Shown: positions 26,713 to 36,937, counted from the first letter of the stretch. The stretch is 64,000 nucleotides of DNA from Clostridia bacterium (GCA_017505525.1 JAFVPB010000002.1:163508-227507), one strand, 5' to 3'. Translations and numbers: made by a program. Notes: generated by a model not told the origin, from the letters alone.

Positions 26713-27759
26713 TTATTTCCAACCATCGCCACCGCACAGTATGCATTTTGTTCTGCCATTGAAGCATCCGGAAGCCGGGCATCTTTCATTAACATAGCCA
26801 CCATACCATGAGCTATAGGTTCTGATTGAACCGCTTCCACCGCAATAACTGCAAAAATCCCATCCGGCATTGCAAGAATAGCAAGGGTCTGATCCCTTTT
26901 TATTTTGAGGGGTGGAATCTGTAACCTTTTCTTTGGTGTATCCATCTGACAAATATTCGTTAACCCTATTTTCACCTACAGTTACAGGCTCACCTTTCCA
27001 ATTATATAGTATTGTAGGTTTCCCCCAGTACCATCCAACATTTTCATAAGCTTTAATCCTGTATTCGCCAACAGTTATAGTTCTGCCGTCTAAAGATTGC
27101 ATAACTACAGGTTCTCCCCAATACCAACCAACATTTTCATATTCCGGAACCCTGTTTTCCCCAACTATTATGGTTCTGCCGTCTAAAGCGTACATGGTTG
27201 TAGGTTGCCCCCAATAAAAACCCATGCTTTCATATTCCAAAACTCTGTTTATACCTGTATATGCCGCCTTATATCCTTCAGCATCATAGATGGTTGTGGG
27301 TTCGCCCCAATACCAGTCATTTGCCTCATATTCCAAAACTCTGTTTAAGCCGACAATGGCAGATTCCAGAACCAACTTTCTATCTCTGTCAACATAAGTG
27401 TACATAGTCTGAGGCGCTCCCCAGTACCAACCCACTTTTTCATAGTCTGCAACTCTGTTTTTACCAATAGTTAAAGTTCTGCCATCTATAGATTGCACCG
27501 TTACAGGCTCTCCCCAGTACCAGCCTACTTGTTCATACGCCGCTACCTGTTCCTTTTCAACATCAATTGTTCTTCCGTCAAGGGCATACATAGTTACAAT
27601 CTCGCTGTAGTCAGCTACATATTCATTCGATGGTGCTACGTTCTGAAAATTATAAACTTTTCCGTTAGCACCAAATACTGTCTTCGTAACTGCTGAGTTA
27701 GTGCACAAGACCAACGCTATAATAAGACTTCCCATCATATTAATCATTTTCGGCTTCAT
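26713..27759 (-). CDS. Secreted repeat protein (about seven GWYWG-type repeats) with a C-terminal DnaJ-like CxxCxGxG zinc-finger module
   Basis: Signal peptide MKPKMINMMGSLIIALVLCTNSA. Repeats of the form DGRT..V....V..YE.VGWYWG.P. C-terminal CYSCNAG...CSYCGGSG...CPASGC...CILCGGDG. Confidence 0.65.
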   Translation of the reverse strand: MKPKMINMMGSLIIALVLCTNSAVTKTVFGANGKVYNFQNVAPSNEYVADYSEIVTMYALDGRTIDVEKEQVAAYEQVGWYWGEPVTVQSIDGRTLTIGKNRVADYEKVGWYWGAPQTMYTYVDRDRKLVLESAIVGLNRVLEYEANDWYWGEPTTIYDAEGYKAAYTGINRVLEYESMGFYWGQPTTMYALDGRTIIVGENRVPEYENVGWYWGEPVVMQSLDGRTITVGEYRIKAYENVGWYWGKPTILYNWKGEPVTVGENRVNEYLSDGYTKEKVTDSTPQNKKGSDPCYSCNAGWDFCSYCGGSGSIRTYSSWYGGYVNERCPASGCFNGRTKCILCGGDGWK

Positions 27760-28016
27760 AACACAATACCTCGTTAATTTTTATTTTTAACAGTATACCA
27801 TTTTTTTACAGCATTTGTCAACAAATATAATATCCATAGCTTTGTTGGTTTTACAGCGCTTACTATACTTTTTAGAAATCCTTTGAATCAATTGGTAATT
27901 TCGTACTATTTTATGAGAATTTTCTCACAAATAATAATGGATAACTTGCTTTATTTACCCACAGATAGTATAATGACAATACTATAAAAAATACGCAAAC
28001 AGGGGGTAATTTTTAT

Positions 28017-31000
28017 ATGTATCAATTAGCAGATAAATTTAATCTCTACGATAGTAATTTAATACCACACACACTCTTTCCCGAAAGGCATACTGCTACT
28101 GAAAATCTTCATGCCTCGGTTGACGAGCGTGGTTTTGTATTGAAATCCATCGGTAACCGCTGGGTTTTAAAAACCCCCCTGTTAAAGGACTTTTCACTTA
28201 AATTTACTTTCAGCTACACATTTTTAAAGGAATATAATCCCTGCACAAATATATTCTTTGGTTATGATGTGCGCAATCGCATCGGTCAGGGAATAAGTTT
28301 TAAATATAATCTGTGCGGTTCTATGGAGGTTTCTCTCATTAATGTTAACCGTATGCATATTACTCAAATCAGCGAAAAAATCGCATTTTCTGATTTTCAT
28401 ATAAACGAAAATGAAAATACAGATGTTTCAATCACCACTTGCGGAAATTTCTTAAAAGGAACTGTCGGCGGACGCGGCTTTTCGTTTGATATAGAGCCGA
28501 TGCAAGGTAATATTGCACTCGAACGCAAAAACTTTGTGGGCGAATGGATTATTAAAGAAATTAATGTTACCTCCGCAGAAAAATTCCCGACAAAAACAAT
28601 TCTTCCCAATCAAAAGGTAAAAATACCTATGCGAGAAGGCGGAGATATCCCCTATGAATTTACATATAAAGCTGAAAAAATCGGAAATCAGAGTTATTTA
28701 TTCATTCAGCTGGGCGGCGGCACCGCAACAAGGGCTTTAAACCGTGAAGACCGCCCGGGGCAGTACGTTGCCGAGCAAGATAAATTAACCTCTCCTTTCG
28801 TTATTTTAAGAAACGGAGAAGATAAAAAAGAATTTAACTTATATCACGGCACAAAAACTATTTGCGACCCCAATATTTACTGGGATTGCTTAAAGGAATA
28901 TTTTAACCATCCCGAGCTTCCGATTTGTGCAGTTTTCCCGATAAACGAATCAGATATAACGGAAAATACAACTATTTCTTTCGGCTATAAAGAGCTGTGC
29001 TGTACTGGTTTTATGGCACAATCTGGCGGGCCGAGCGAATTTATATTCGATAAAAACGGCGTTCTTTTATACGAGGGAGAAAAGCTTTGTGAAAGCGTTT
29101 TTGAGCTTTACTCCCCTGCCGACAAATTCGCAACAACATTAATCCCCAAAAATACATACCACAGAGATGATGTAATCCACCATCTTGCAGTTAACCATTA
29201 TTTTCACATAGACGAAAACATTTCACTTACAATGTCTTTAAAGAGCAAATTACCTCTGGAATACTTTAAGGTAGAAGCTCAAATCCGCGATGTATACGAT
29301 AGCGAGATATTATCAACACTCTCCCCCGAAATCAGCACAAGCAACTGGAAGTTTGGTTATAGCGAGCTGTCTGCCAAGGTGCACAATGCTCCGCTTCCGC
29401 TTGGAGTATACCGCATTGTCTTCACTGTCTGCTACGGCGACAGTATTTATAAAACCTACAATAAAGTATTTGAAGTGTTTGATAAAGATGCAAAAATTTC
29501 TCCTGCAAAGGCAAGCGGTCTTCCTTTTACTTTCTCTATGCCCAACGAACAAAAGTGGCTTGCGAGCAACACCTTCGATTTGTGGAATCCCAAGCCATCG
29601 TGCGATGAAATTCATTTTATCTCGTGCGTCACAAACACGCCTGTTGAGGCAGAAAAGCAGAGAATATGGGAGCTCGCTCCCATTTTTGGCAGAGAATGGT
29701 TTGCCTGGCTTAACGACAGAACGTGTCTTGACTGGAGCATTGAAAGTCATATTGAAACCGTTAAAAATTCGGACTACTTATACATTGATTTAGCAGAAAA
29801 TCTTCCACCGTATCCTGAAATTTATCTTATTAATATTTATCAGGACCCGAAATTCAGAAAGCTGCTTCACGAATTTCTTGAAAAAAATCCCGAGATTGCA
29901 AAGAAAATAAAATACACTCCAAATGAAACAGAGGAAGAATTTACTGCGGCAAAGCCAATAGATGAATCGGAAAAATCTTTTGATTATACTGCATTTACTT
30001 ACGATAATTTAAAGAATTTACTTGAAACGTGCCATAGTGAATGGTTTAATTTTGCAAACGGAAGATTTTTAGAAATGGCAAAGGCACAAAACAAAGAAAT
30101 CAAAAAGATTAATCCCAAATTCAAAAGAGCATTTTACGGGCCACTCTGCCAATATTATACTGCAACTGTTTCCTACCATTCCATTAAATGCTACGGGGCT
30201 ACCCCCGATAATACTATGGCAGAGGATGTGTTCACGGGTTTTTCGGTTTTTGAAGACTACCCCGCATCGTGCGCTTACCAGACTTATCGCGGAGCTTTTG
30301 CCGCGATGACAATACTTCTCCACTGCCCCGATTTCGTTATGTATCCCGAGCAGTACTCGGGAAGCAACGGCGGATGTATCGACGGCGCGGTTAAGTTTGC
30401 ACACGCTCCTATGGGAAAATATGATATGCCTTTATATTTTAACAGCACCCATGCTTTTGAATATGTGTTCAACACACCTCACAGAGCAGAAGACGGCTAT
30501 CATTACTGGACCAGCTACGGCTTCCACAGAGCGGACCACTCTCCCGAGATGGCAGACAGACTCACCCGCGACTGGAAAATCGCAATCGATAACAAACCGC
30601 TCAAACCACTGCGTACCATGGCAATGGTAACAGAATATGTCGACGAGGAAGATGTTTTCGATGGCGAAATTCTCACGCTTCACGGCTACACAGGTTTTTC
30701 AAACATCAGCGAGGAAGCGCACGGATATATTTACGATTGCAATAGGGAAGCAGGTCTTAACGCACCGTTTGCGTTAAAAAGCGAAACGTTATCATCTCTT
30801 CGCGCAGACGAATGCGACGCACTTGTGCTTCCCACGCTTAAATTTGCAAGCGATGAGACCATAAGCGAAATCAGACGCCTATACGAAAGCGGTGTATCGC
30901 TTATTGCCGTCAGCGATATTTGCGGACTTGAGGATATATTCGGTGTAAAAGAAAACAACCAAAACGTGTGGATTACAGAGCTTTGCACCGATAAAGAAAG

Positions 31001-31508
31001 TGAGCTTATTTACCCGAATAAAACACCGCTTAAATATGAAGCAGACGGCGCTGAAGCTATCATATCGGCAGAAAACGGCTTGCCCGTTATTCTTAAAAAA
31101 GGCAGAGCACTCCTCATAAATGCTCCCGTTTCCAAATTAGGGCACGAGTGCTTCGAGGGACGCGAGGGCAAAACGAAAAACAACGTAAGTGAGCTTTTGA
31201 AAAAGACGTTGAAAGAGGAAATTTTAAAGCTTTCTTCCCCACTTGTATTGGGTGAAAATGTTGGCGTTACTCTCTTTGAAAGCGAAAAAGGAAACACCCA
31301 GCTGCTTGCTATCGATTATTCAGCATATGATAATCGGGAATTTACAGAGCGTGAAGCAGTTATTAAAATTAATTTCCCCGTTAAAGAAGCTTTATCAGAG
31401 CGCGAATTTACCTCCGTGCGCAACAAAGATGGAAGCGTGAAAGAAATCAGATTTAACATCAAGCCTCACGAAGCAGTAATGTTCAGATTAAGGAGAGATG
31501 ACTTATGA
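28017..31508 (+). CDS. Large cytoplasmic hypothetical protein, 1163 aa (possibly glycoside-hydrolase-like; function unknown)
   Basis: Single uninterrupted ORF with GGGGG RBS, no signal peptide, and stop overlapping the next start (ATGA at 31505). A C-terminal segment (DALVLPTLKF...LYESGVSLIAVSD) loosely resembles the GH42 trimerisation-type domain. Confidence 0.55.
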   Translation: MYQLADKFNLYDSNLIPHTLFPERHTATENLHASVDERGFVLKSIGNRWVLKTPLLKDFSLKFTFSYTFLKEYNPCTNIFFGYDVRNRIGQGISFKYNLCGSMEVSLINVNRMHITQISEKIAFSDFHINENENTDVSITTCGNFLKGTVGGRGFSFDIEPMQGNIALERKNFVGEWIIKEINVTSAEKFPTKTILPNQKVKIPMREGGDIPYEFTYKAEKIGNQSYLFIQLGGGTATRALNREDRPGQYVAEQDKLTSPFVILRNGEDKKEFNLYHGTKTICDPNIYWDCLKEYFNHPELPICAVFPINESDITENTTISFGYKELCCTGFMAQSGGPSEFIFDKNGVLLYEGEKLCESVFELYSPADKFATTLIPKNTYHRDDVIHHLAVNHYFHIDENISLTMSLKSKLPLEYFKVEAQIRDVYDSEILSTLSPEISTSNWKFGYSELSAKVHNAPLPLGVYRIVFTVCYGDSIYKTYNKVFEVFDKDAKISPAKASGLPFTFSMPNEQKWLASNTFDLWNPKPSCDEIHFISCVTNTPVEAEKQRIWELAPIFGREWFAWLNDRTCLDWSIESHIETVKNSDYLYIDLAENLPPYPEIYLINIYQDPKFRKLLHEFLEKNPEIAKKIKYTPNETEEEFTAAKPIDESEKSFDYTAFTYDNLKNLLETCHSEWFNFANGRFLEMAKAQNKEIKKINPKFKRAFYGPLCQYYTATVSYHSIKCYGATPDNTMAEDVFTGFSVFEDYPASCAYQTYRGAFAAMTILLHCPDFVMYPEQYSGSNGGCIDGAVKFAHAPMGKYDMPLYFNSTHAFEYVFNTPHRAEDGYHYWTSYGFHRADHSPEMADRLTRDWKIAIDNKPLKPLRTMAMVTEYVDEEDVFDGEILTLHGYTGFSNISEEAHGYIYDCNREAGLNAPFALKSETLSSLRADECDALVLPTLKFASDETISEIRRLYESGVSLIAVSDICGLEDIFGVKENNQNVWITELCTDKESELIYPNKTPLKYEADGAEAIISAENGLPVILKKGRALLINAPVSKLGHECFEGREGKTKNNVSELLKKTLKEEILKLSSPLVLGENVGVTLFESEKGNTQLLAIDYSAYDNREFTEREAVIKINFPVKEALSEREFTSVRNKDGSVKEIRFNIKPHEAVMFRLRRDDL

Positions 31509-32344
31509 AATTAGCAATACAAATAGCCTATAACGACCTTTTTGAAAAGAAATGCAAATTCGCATCCGAGGGAGGCTTCCGCTACATATCTGCCAACTTA
31601 TCTGAAATTCTTGACAAAACGGAATCCGATTGGGACAGAGTAACCGAAGATATTCTTCGCATATTGGAGGAAAACAAGCTTGAATGCGTGCAAACTCACC
31701 CATATTACTATGATTTGCGTGTGTCGAGTGAAATCATTGAAGAAAGATACGAATTTGCCATTAAGCAGGCTATAAAAACAAGCGGGAAAATAGGTGCAAA
31801 ATGGTGTGCTATGCACCCGAGAACTTCAATTTCTTCGGGATATGCCGCATCGAAATCGCTCAGCGACAATCAAAAATATTTCAGCGAGTATCTTGAATAT
31901 GCCCACAAATACAACACGGGGCTTGCGGCAGAAAATCTTCCCCTTTTCCCCGATGTTGTTCCCACAATGCCATTTTATTCCTACAGCCCAGAAGACCTTT
32001 GCACCCTTATCGACAGTTTTAACGACGAAAGAGTTCAGGCTTGCTGGGATTTCGGGCACGCTCACCTTATTGATATGGATCAGGCAAACGCGATAAAGAT
32101 GCTCGGAAAAAGAATTAAAATCACTCATGTGCACAACAGCTTTACCGACGGAGATTACCATTTAACGCCTGACCAGGGAACGATTAAATGGGATAAGGTT
32201 ATGGCTGCGATGGGCGAAATCGGCTACGACGGACCTCTTACCTCGGAGGTGCATTGCTGTTACACAGACGATGAATTGCTTAAATCCTTTGCCCGCCACA
32301 ATTATAACTGTCTTGCATATCTGGAAAGATTATCAAAGAGGTAA
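31505..32344 (+). CDS. Sugar phosphate isomerase/epimerase (xylose-isomerase-like TIM barrel)
   Basis: Pattern typical of the AP-endonuclease-2/xylose isomerase-like TIM family (AENL, WDFGHA, HVHN, SEV). Confidence 0.75.
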   Translation: MKLAIQIAYNDLFEKKCKFASEGGFRYISANLSEILDKTESDWDRVTEDILRILEENKLECVQTHPYYYDLRVSSEIIEERYEFAIKQAIKTSGKIGAKWCAMHPRTSISSGYAASKSLSDNQKYFSEYLEYAHKYNTGLAAENLPLFPDVVPTMPFYSYSPEDLCTLIDSFNDERVQACWDFGHAHLIDMDQANAIKMLGKRIKITHVHNSFTDGDYHLTPDQGTIKWDKVMAAMGEIGYDGPLTSEVHCCYTDDELLKSFARHNYNCLAYLERLSKR

Positions 32345-32348
32345 AAAT

Positions 32349-33035
32349 ATGAACATACAGATACTTCAAATGATAGAGGGCGCAAAAAAAGCCCGCGGAC
32401 TTACTGTTGTTATCGATGTTTTCCGTGCTTTTTCGATGGAGGCATATATGATGGCACTCGGTGCAGAAAAAATTATTCCCGTAGGCGATTGCGACCTTGC
32501 CTATCAGCTAAAAAAAGAAAGCCCCGATATAATTTTAGCAGGAGAAAGGCACGGAAAAATTCTTCCCGGGTTTGATACCGGCAACTCCCCCTCTGAGCTT
32601 TTAAACCTTGATGTTAAGGGAAAAACCGTGGTGCATACAACAAGCGCAGGTACGCAGGGAATTGCAAATGCAGTTGGTGCAGACGAAATTCTTGGGGGCA
32701 GTTTACTTACCGCAAAGGCTACGGCAGATTATATCAAAAAAAGCGGAGCCGAAAATGTTTCGCTTGTTTGCATGGGGCTTGAAGCAATCAGCGAAACCGA
32801 GGAAGACACACTGTGCGCCGAATATATTAAAAGCCTTGTGCTCGGAACTCCGATTGATATGGAAGAGAGAATAAACAACCTCAGGTATACCTCAGGCGCA
32901 AAGTTTTTCGATAAGGCACAAAACGATGTTTTTCCCGAAGCAGATTTTCATATGTGCACAGAGCTTGATAAATTCAATTTTGTGCTCAGGCTTAAAAAGG
33001 ACAACAACGGATTAGGTTATATGGAGGAGATTTAA
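32349..33035 (+). CDS. 2-phosphosulfolactate phosphatase (ComB) family protein
   Basis: VVIDVFRAFSMEAYMMALGAEKIIPV...GERHGKILPGFDTGNSP matches the ComB family. ATG at 32349 with AGAGG RBS. Confidence 0.7.
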   Translation: MNIQILQMIEGAKKARGLTVVIDVFRAFSMEAYMMALGAEKIIPVGDCDLAYQLKKESPDIILAGERHGKILPGFDTGNSPSELLNLDVKGKTVVHTTSAGTQGIANAVGADEILGGSLLTAKATADYIKKSGAENVSLVCMGLEAISETEEDTLCAEYIKSLVLGTPIDMEERINNLRYTSGAKFFDKAQNDVFPEADFHMCTELDKFNFVLRLKKDNNGLGYMEEI

Positions 33036-33036
33036 A

Positions 33037-33684
33037 ATGAAAACAACTTTTTTACTTGTAAGGCACGGTGAAAGCCTTGCCAATAAAGAAACTTTTTTTG
33101 CAGGGCAAACTGATGTACCGCTGCTTGAAAGCGGAGCAAATCAGGCAACCCTTTCGGCAGAATTTGTTAAAGAAAATTATAATGTTGATATAATTTATTC
33201 AAGCGACCTTATGCGTGCCTACAGTACGGCAGAGTGCTTTTCAAAGGTTTTGGGTGTGGATATTATTAAGGATAAAGGTCTTCGTGAAATACATGCAGGA
33301 GAATGGGAAGGAAAACAGCATGGCGACCTCCCCACACTTTTCCCTGAGGAATACGGAAATCTGTGGCTTAATAATATCGGAAAAGCAGTTACCCCGGGCG
33401 GAGAATCGGTTAAAGAGCTTGGAGAAAGAGTTATTAATACACTTGAAAAAATCGCAAAAGAAAATCCTGAAAAAACAGTGCTTGTAACAACACACGCCAC
33501 ACCAATACGCGCAACGCAAAGCATAGTAGAATATGGAAGCGTTGATAAAATGGGGAATGTGCCGTGGTCATCAAATGCATCTATAACGGAAATTTGTTAT
33601 GCCGACGGAAAGTGGACCTTAGTTCACGCAAGAATTGACAAGCATTTAAAGGATTATAAAACCTCATTTGCGGGAAATGTATAA
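33037..33684 (+). CDS. Histidine phosphatase (phosphoglycerate-mutase-like) family protein
   Basis: LVRHGESLAN (RHG motif) ... TTHATPIRA. Confidence 0.85.
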   Translation: MKTTFLLVRHGESLANKETFFAGQTDVPLLESGANQATLSAEFVKENYNVDIIYSSDLMRAYSTAECFSKVLGVDIIKDKGLREIHAGEWEGKQHGDLPTLFPEEYGNLWLNNIGKAVTPGGESVKELGERVINTLEKIAKENPEKTVLVTTHATPIRATQSIVEYGSVDKMGNVPWSSNASITEICYADGKWTLVHARIDKHLKDYKTSFAGNV

Positions 33685-33694
33685 AAGTGATTAC

Positions 33695-33735
33695 AGAAAA
33701 AACGGAGCAGTTCACTTACTGCTCCGTTTTTCATT
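33695..33735. terminator. Bidirectional terminator between convergent operons
   Basis: aacggagcag / ctgctccgtt stem flanked by an A-run and a T-run. Confidence 0.65.
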
Positions 33736-33756
33736 TTTAAAGAATCTAGAGATTTC

Positions 33757-34380
33757 TTAATATAGTTTTGTAAATTCAAATGATGTATCTATTCCAAGTT
33801 TTTTAAGTGCCTTTTCTTTACGCTTCGCTATTTCATCATCAAGATTATCAAAATAGTTGTTACCCTCACAGTCAATATCTACTATAAACGGACCTAAATC
33901 GTTAAGTTTAAAAAACCATGCAGCTTCAATTCTGCCAAGTTCATCGTAAAGATAGACATCCTGAACTTCTATTGAATCTATCCAAAGATTAGGACTTACT
34001 GAACGTGGTGAAACATGCACACACTTCTTTTCTTTCATCATTTGTGCTGTTTTTTCGCCCATTGTGGTTTTTCCGACAATCATTTTCAAATTCCATTCAT
34101 CTACGCTTTTTGCACCCCACTTTTCAAAGCGAATACTTGATGTCGGCATAAATGAAACAAGCTTCCATTTTCCGTTTTCTTTGACAACGATAGGTCCGTT
34201 ATGAATCAATATATTTCTGTCTTTTGTATCAAAGGGCAAAACATTTCTTTCATCAAAAATATATTTTTGGAGCCTTGAACGGCAAGTGAAGCACTCACCG
34301 CTAATGTATACGGTATCGCCTAATTTTAGCTTCTTAACATCTTCATCAGTTAAAGGCGATGTTAAATGATATTCTGCCAT
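33757..34380 (-). CDS. Fe-S type hydro-lyase beta subunit (class I fumarate hydratase / L(+)-tartrate dehydratase family, C-terminal domain)
   Basis: GDTVYISGECFTCRSRLQ...IVGKTTMG pattern. ATG at 34380 with AGGAGG RBS. Confidence 0.8.
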   Translation of the reverse strand: MAEYHLTSPLTDEDVKKLKLGDTVYISGECFTCRSRLQKYIFDERNVLPFDTKDRNILIHNGPIVVKENGKWKLVSFMPTSSIRFEKWGAKSVDEWNLKMIVGKTTMGEKTAQMMKEKKCVHVSPRSVSPNLWIDSIEVQDVYLYDELGRIEAAWFFKLNDLGPFIVDIDCEGNNYFDNLDDEIAKRKEKALKKLGIDTSFEFTKLY

Positions 34381-34390
34381 ATTTATCCTC

Positions 34391-35308
34391 CTATCTGTCG
34401 CCAAACCAATTGGGACTTATCATTTTTGTAACTGTGCCGTCTGCATCAATTCTTGATGATGCACGACGTGCTACCATACAGTTGGTACTTGTAGCACACG
34501 CTATTCCCGCTATATGTGTGTATGCATACTCTACATTTACCGCAAGAACCGATGTGCTTCCGCCTGCACCTAAAATACCAATCCCTAGACTGTTTATAGC
34601 TTCGTACAAATCTTCTTCAATCTTTGCAAACATCGGATCGGGGTGTTTTGACCCTACAGTTCTTAAGCAAGCTGCCTCTTTTGCCAGGTTTGCCGCGACA
34701 TTTGCCGTTCCGCCAATACCAATACCCAAAACTGACGGTGGACAAACTGCACCAGCTCTGGCTGATGCCACGAAGCTATCGATTACGAATTTTTCTATTC
34801 CTTTAATTCCATCTGCAAATGCAACTATTCTATGTCTTGTGCCACCAAAGCACTCACTTCCGCCGCCTTTAGCAGCATATGACATTTCTATTGCATCGCC
34901 ATCAACGAACTGATATGTAAAGTCAGGAATATTCATACCTATGTTGTTTCCCGGGTCGTAACCTGTTAAAGGATGCTTCATTGTTGCACGCAAATAGCCA
35001 AGCTCAGTTGCTTTCGCAACTGCTCTTCGTGCTGCATTTTCAAGCTCTACAAATCCGCCCTCAATTTCACACTTGTTTCCTACCTTGAAGTAGAATATTG
35101 GCCAGCCTGTGTCTACGCAAAGGGGATTTTCTCTTACCTTTGACATTTCCATACTTTTAAGAGTTGCTTCTAAACCACTTTTAGCGTCAATGTTTTCTTC
35201 TCTTTCTATCGCTTTAATAAAAGCATCTTTTACATCAGGCGAAATCTCTGTTGCACCACGTTTAATTGTTTCAAAAAGTGCCTGTTCATATATTTCTGTT
35301 TTAATCAT
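34391..35308 (-). CDS. Fe-S type hydro-lyase alpha subunit (fumarate/tartrate dehydratase family, N-terminal domain)
   Basis: The 305-aa size and conserved Cys ligands fit the alpha subunit of two-subunit class I fumarases/tartrate dehydratases. Confidence 0.8.
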   Translation of the reverse strand: MIKTEIYEQALFETIKRGATEISPDVKDAFIKAIEREENIDAKSGLEATLKSMEMSKVRENPLCVDTGWPIFYFKVGNKCEIEGGFVELENAARRAVAKATELGYLRATMKHPLTGYDPGNNIGMNIPDFTYQFVDGDAIEMSYAAKGGGSECFGGTRHRIVAFADGIKGIEKFVIDSFVASARAGAVCPPSVLGIGIGGTANVAANLAKEAACLRTVGSKHPDPMFAKIEEDLYEAINSLGIGILGAGGSTSVLAVNVEYAYTHIAGIACATSTNCMVARRASSRIDADGTVTKMISPNWFGDR

Positions 35309-35317
35309 TTCTTCACC

Positions 35318-35617
35318 TCAGATTATGATATTCGCAAGTGGTATATGCTGCTGACAGCCGTATATGTCGTTGTCCGCTAAGCTCCCGCTTATGTTTTTTC
35401 TTGGGAATGTTATTTTAATGGAATTAACCACTCCGTATGATATAATATCAATTTTTTCTTCACTCACGCCATACGCCCTTGAAATATCAGACTTTTTAAG
35501 TCTTTGTTCCACATATTCCATATCTTCTTTTGTGTTGAAAATCAAATCAAATGTAATAAAAAGAGGTCCTGCATTTTTGCTTCTTAAAATTTTAGTGTAA
35601 TCAATCAGTTTTTTCAT
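35318..35617 (-). CDS. DUF4387-family small protein (partner of AtuA-like proteins)
   Basis: LRSKNAGPLFITFDLIFNTKEDMEYV. The start overlaps the end of the upstream gene and its GGAGG RBS sits inside that gene. Confidence 0.65.
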   Translation of the reverse strand: MKKLIDYTKILRSKNAGPLFITFDLIFNTKEDMEYVEQRLKKSDISRAYGVSEEKIDIISYGVVNSIKITFPRKNISGSLADNDIYGCQQHIPLANIII

Positions 35618-35618
35618 T

Positions 35619-36932
35619 TTAAACCTCCTCAATCATAATTTCTGCCGTTTCCATAAGCGAGTCCACCTTTGCAAGATGAAATACAGAAAACTCATAGACT
35701 TCACCAACGTGAATGTCTGACGGTGAAAACGGAAATGCAAGGTTTCCTGCTGTGGATTTTCTTCCCTCGTAATCGCAGTGAAGCATTCTGCTTCTTACCA
35801 ATGCGCATACAGTATCTGCTATTTCCTGCGTTTTTCCCACAACATCTATAATGACACCCATAGAACTTTCTTTTCCACCGCTTGTTTTAAAGAAAATTTT
35901 GTAACTGTCATCACTCATTGTTTTTTTAGTATTTTCTTTAACAAATTCTGTTACTGCATCTGTTATAAAATCAAAATTTTCGATGGTTTTAGGATCATAA
36001 ATCGTAGCAGGAGATATCGTTCTATATCCTGCGCATCTCACGCCCTCAATCTTTAATGTCTTTTCTTCTGCCTCGTGAAAAACCGAACCTGACACTCTTA
36101 CAGTTCGCTCGTCAATCTGTTCAAACCTTGAATTTGTTAAATCGCATACTCCGTCGGGTTCAAATATAAGATAAGGATTGCTTTGTTCATACAATGTGTG
36201 TGCTGCCACTCTGTCTACAGTACATTTTCTTATGGGATTTGCAGGACGAAGTTCAAAACAGTCGTCATACATGTACGCCTGCATCACATCGGCTGCAGCA
36301 ACAGGCTCAGAACACATTGCCCCACACTCCATAATCTTTGCCATATGGAATGCAAGGCCATGCTTATACCCTTCATATATACACGGCGCTGCATAAATTG
36401 CAGTATCACAAGCGCGTCCGCAAACAATTATATCAACATCTTTTTTAAGCAATTCTATAATAGGTGCAATACCGATTTGGCTGACAATTCGTGCACTTTC
36501 CTTTATAGTACTTTTGTTTGCTGAAAACTCACTGCTCATATCAATGAGTTTTCCGCTGTCAAACTTTTCGAGGACATACTCCGTTGAAACATCGCTTAAA
36601 ACAGTCCCGAGTTTAAAGTGCAGATTTTTTTCTTTTGCAATTTCAAGTAAAATTTCCTTAAGCCACTCCACATGCTCACTGCTTCCTGCTCCACCTGCTG
36701 TACCAATAATAAATGGCGCTTTATGTTCCAGAGCCTTGGGAAGAGCCAACGACAAGTCCCTTTTTACCGCACCACGGTCTGTAAATGATTTACCACTACC
36801 AAGATAATAAGGACCCGGGTCAGTTGAACCTGCATCAACGCCTATATAGTCAACTTTTTCTGAAAACGCTATATTCAGAGCTTCTTCGCTATAGCCATAT
36901 CCCAAAAGCCCGTTTAAGGCAACAATCTTCAT
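35619..36932 (-). CDS. DUF1446 / AtuA-like (acyclic terpene utilisation A family) protein
   Basis: N-terminal GYGYSEEALNIAFSEKVDYIGVDAGSTDPGPYYLGSG, characteristic of DUF1446. Confidence 0.7.
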   Translation of the reverse strand: MKIVALNGLLGYGYSEEALNIAFSEKVDYIGVDAGSTDPGPYYLGSGKSFTDRGAVKRDLSLALPKALEHKAPFIIGTAGGAGSSEHVEWLKEILLEIAKEKNLHFKLGTVLSDVSTEYVLEKFDSGKLIDMSSEFSANKSTIKESARIVSQIGIAPIIELLKKDVDIIVCGRACDTAIYAAPCIYEGYKHGLAFHMAKIMECGAMCSEPVAAADVMQAYMYDDCFELRPANPIRKCTVDRVAAHTLYEQSNPYLIFEPDGVCDLTNSRFEQIDERTVRVSGSVFHEAEEKTLKIEGVRCAGYRTISPATIYDPKTIENFDFITDAVTEFVKENTKKTMSDDSYKIFFKTSGGKESSMGVIIDVVGKTQEIADTVCALVRSRMLHCDYEGRKSTAGNLAFPFSPSDIHVGEVYEFSVFHLAKVDSLMETAEIMIEEV

Positions 36933-36937
36933 ATAAG

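Noticed and set aside
26631-26975. 114-aa minus-strand ORF
   Set aside because: It overlaps the 3' end of the GWYWG-repeat gene in another frame and extends into the non-coding GC-rich segment. It has no RBS.
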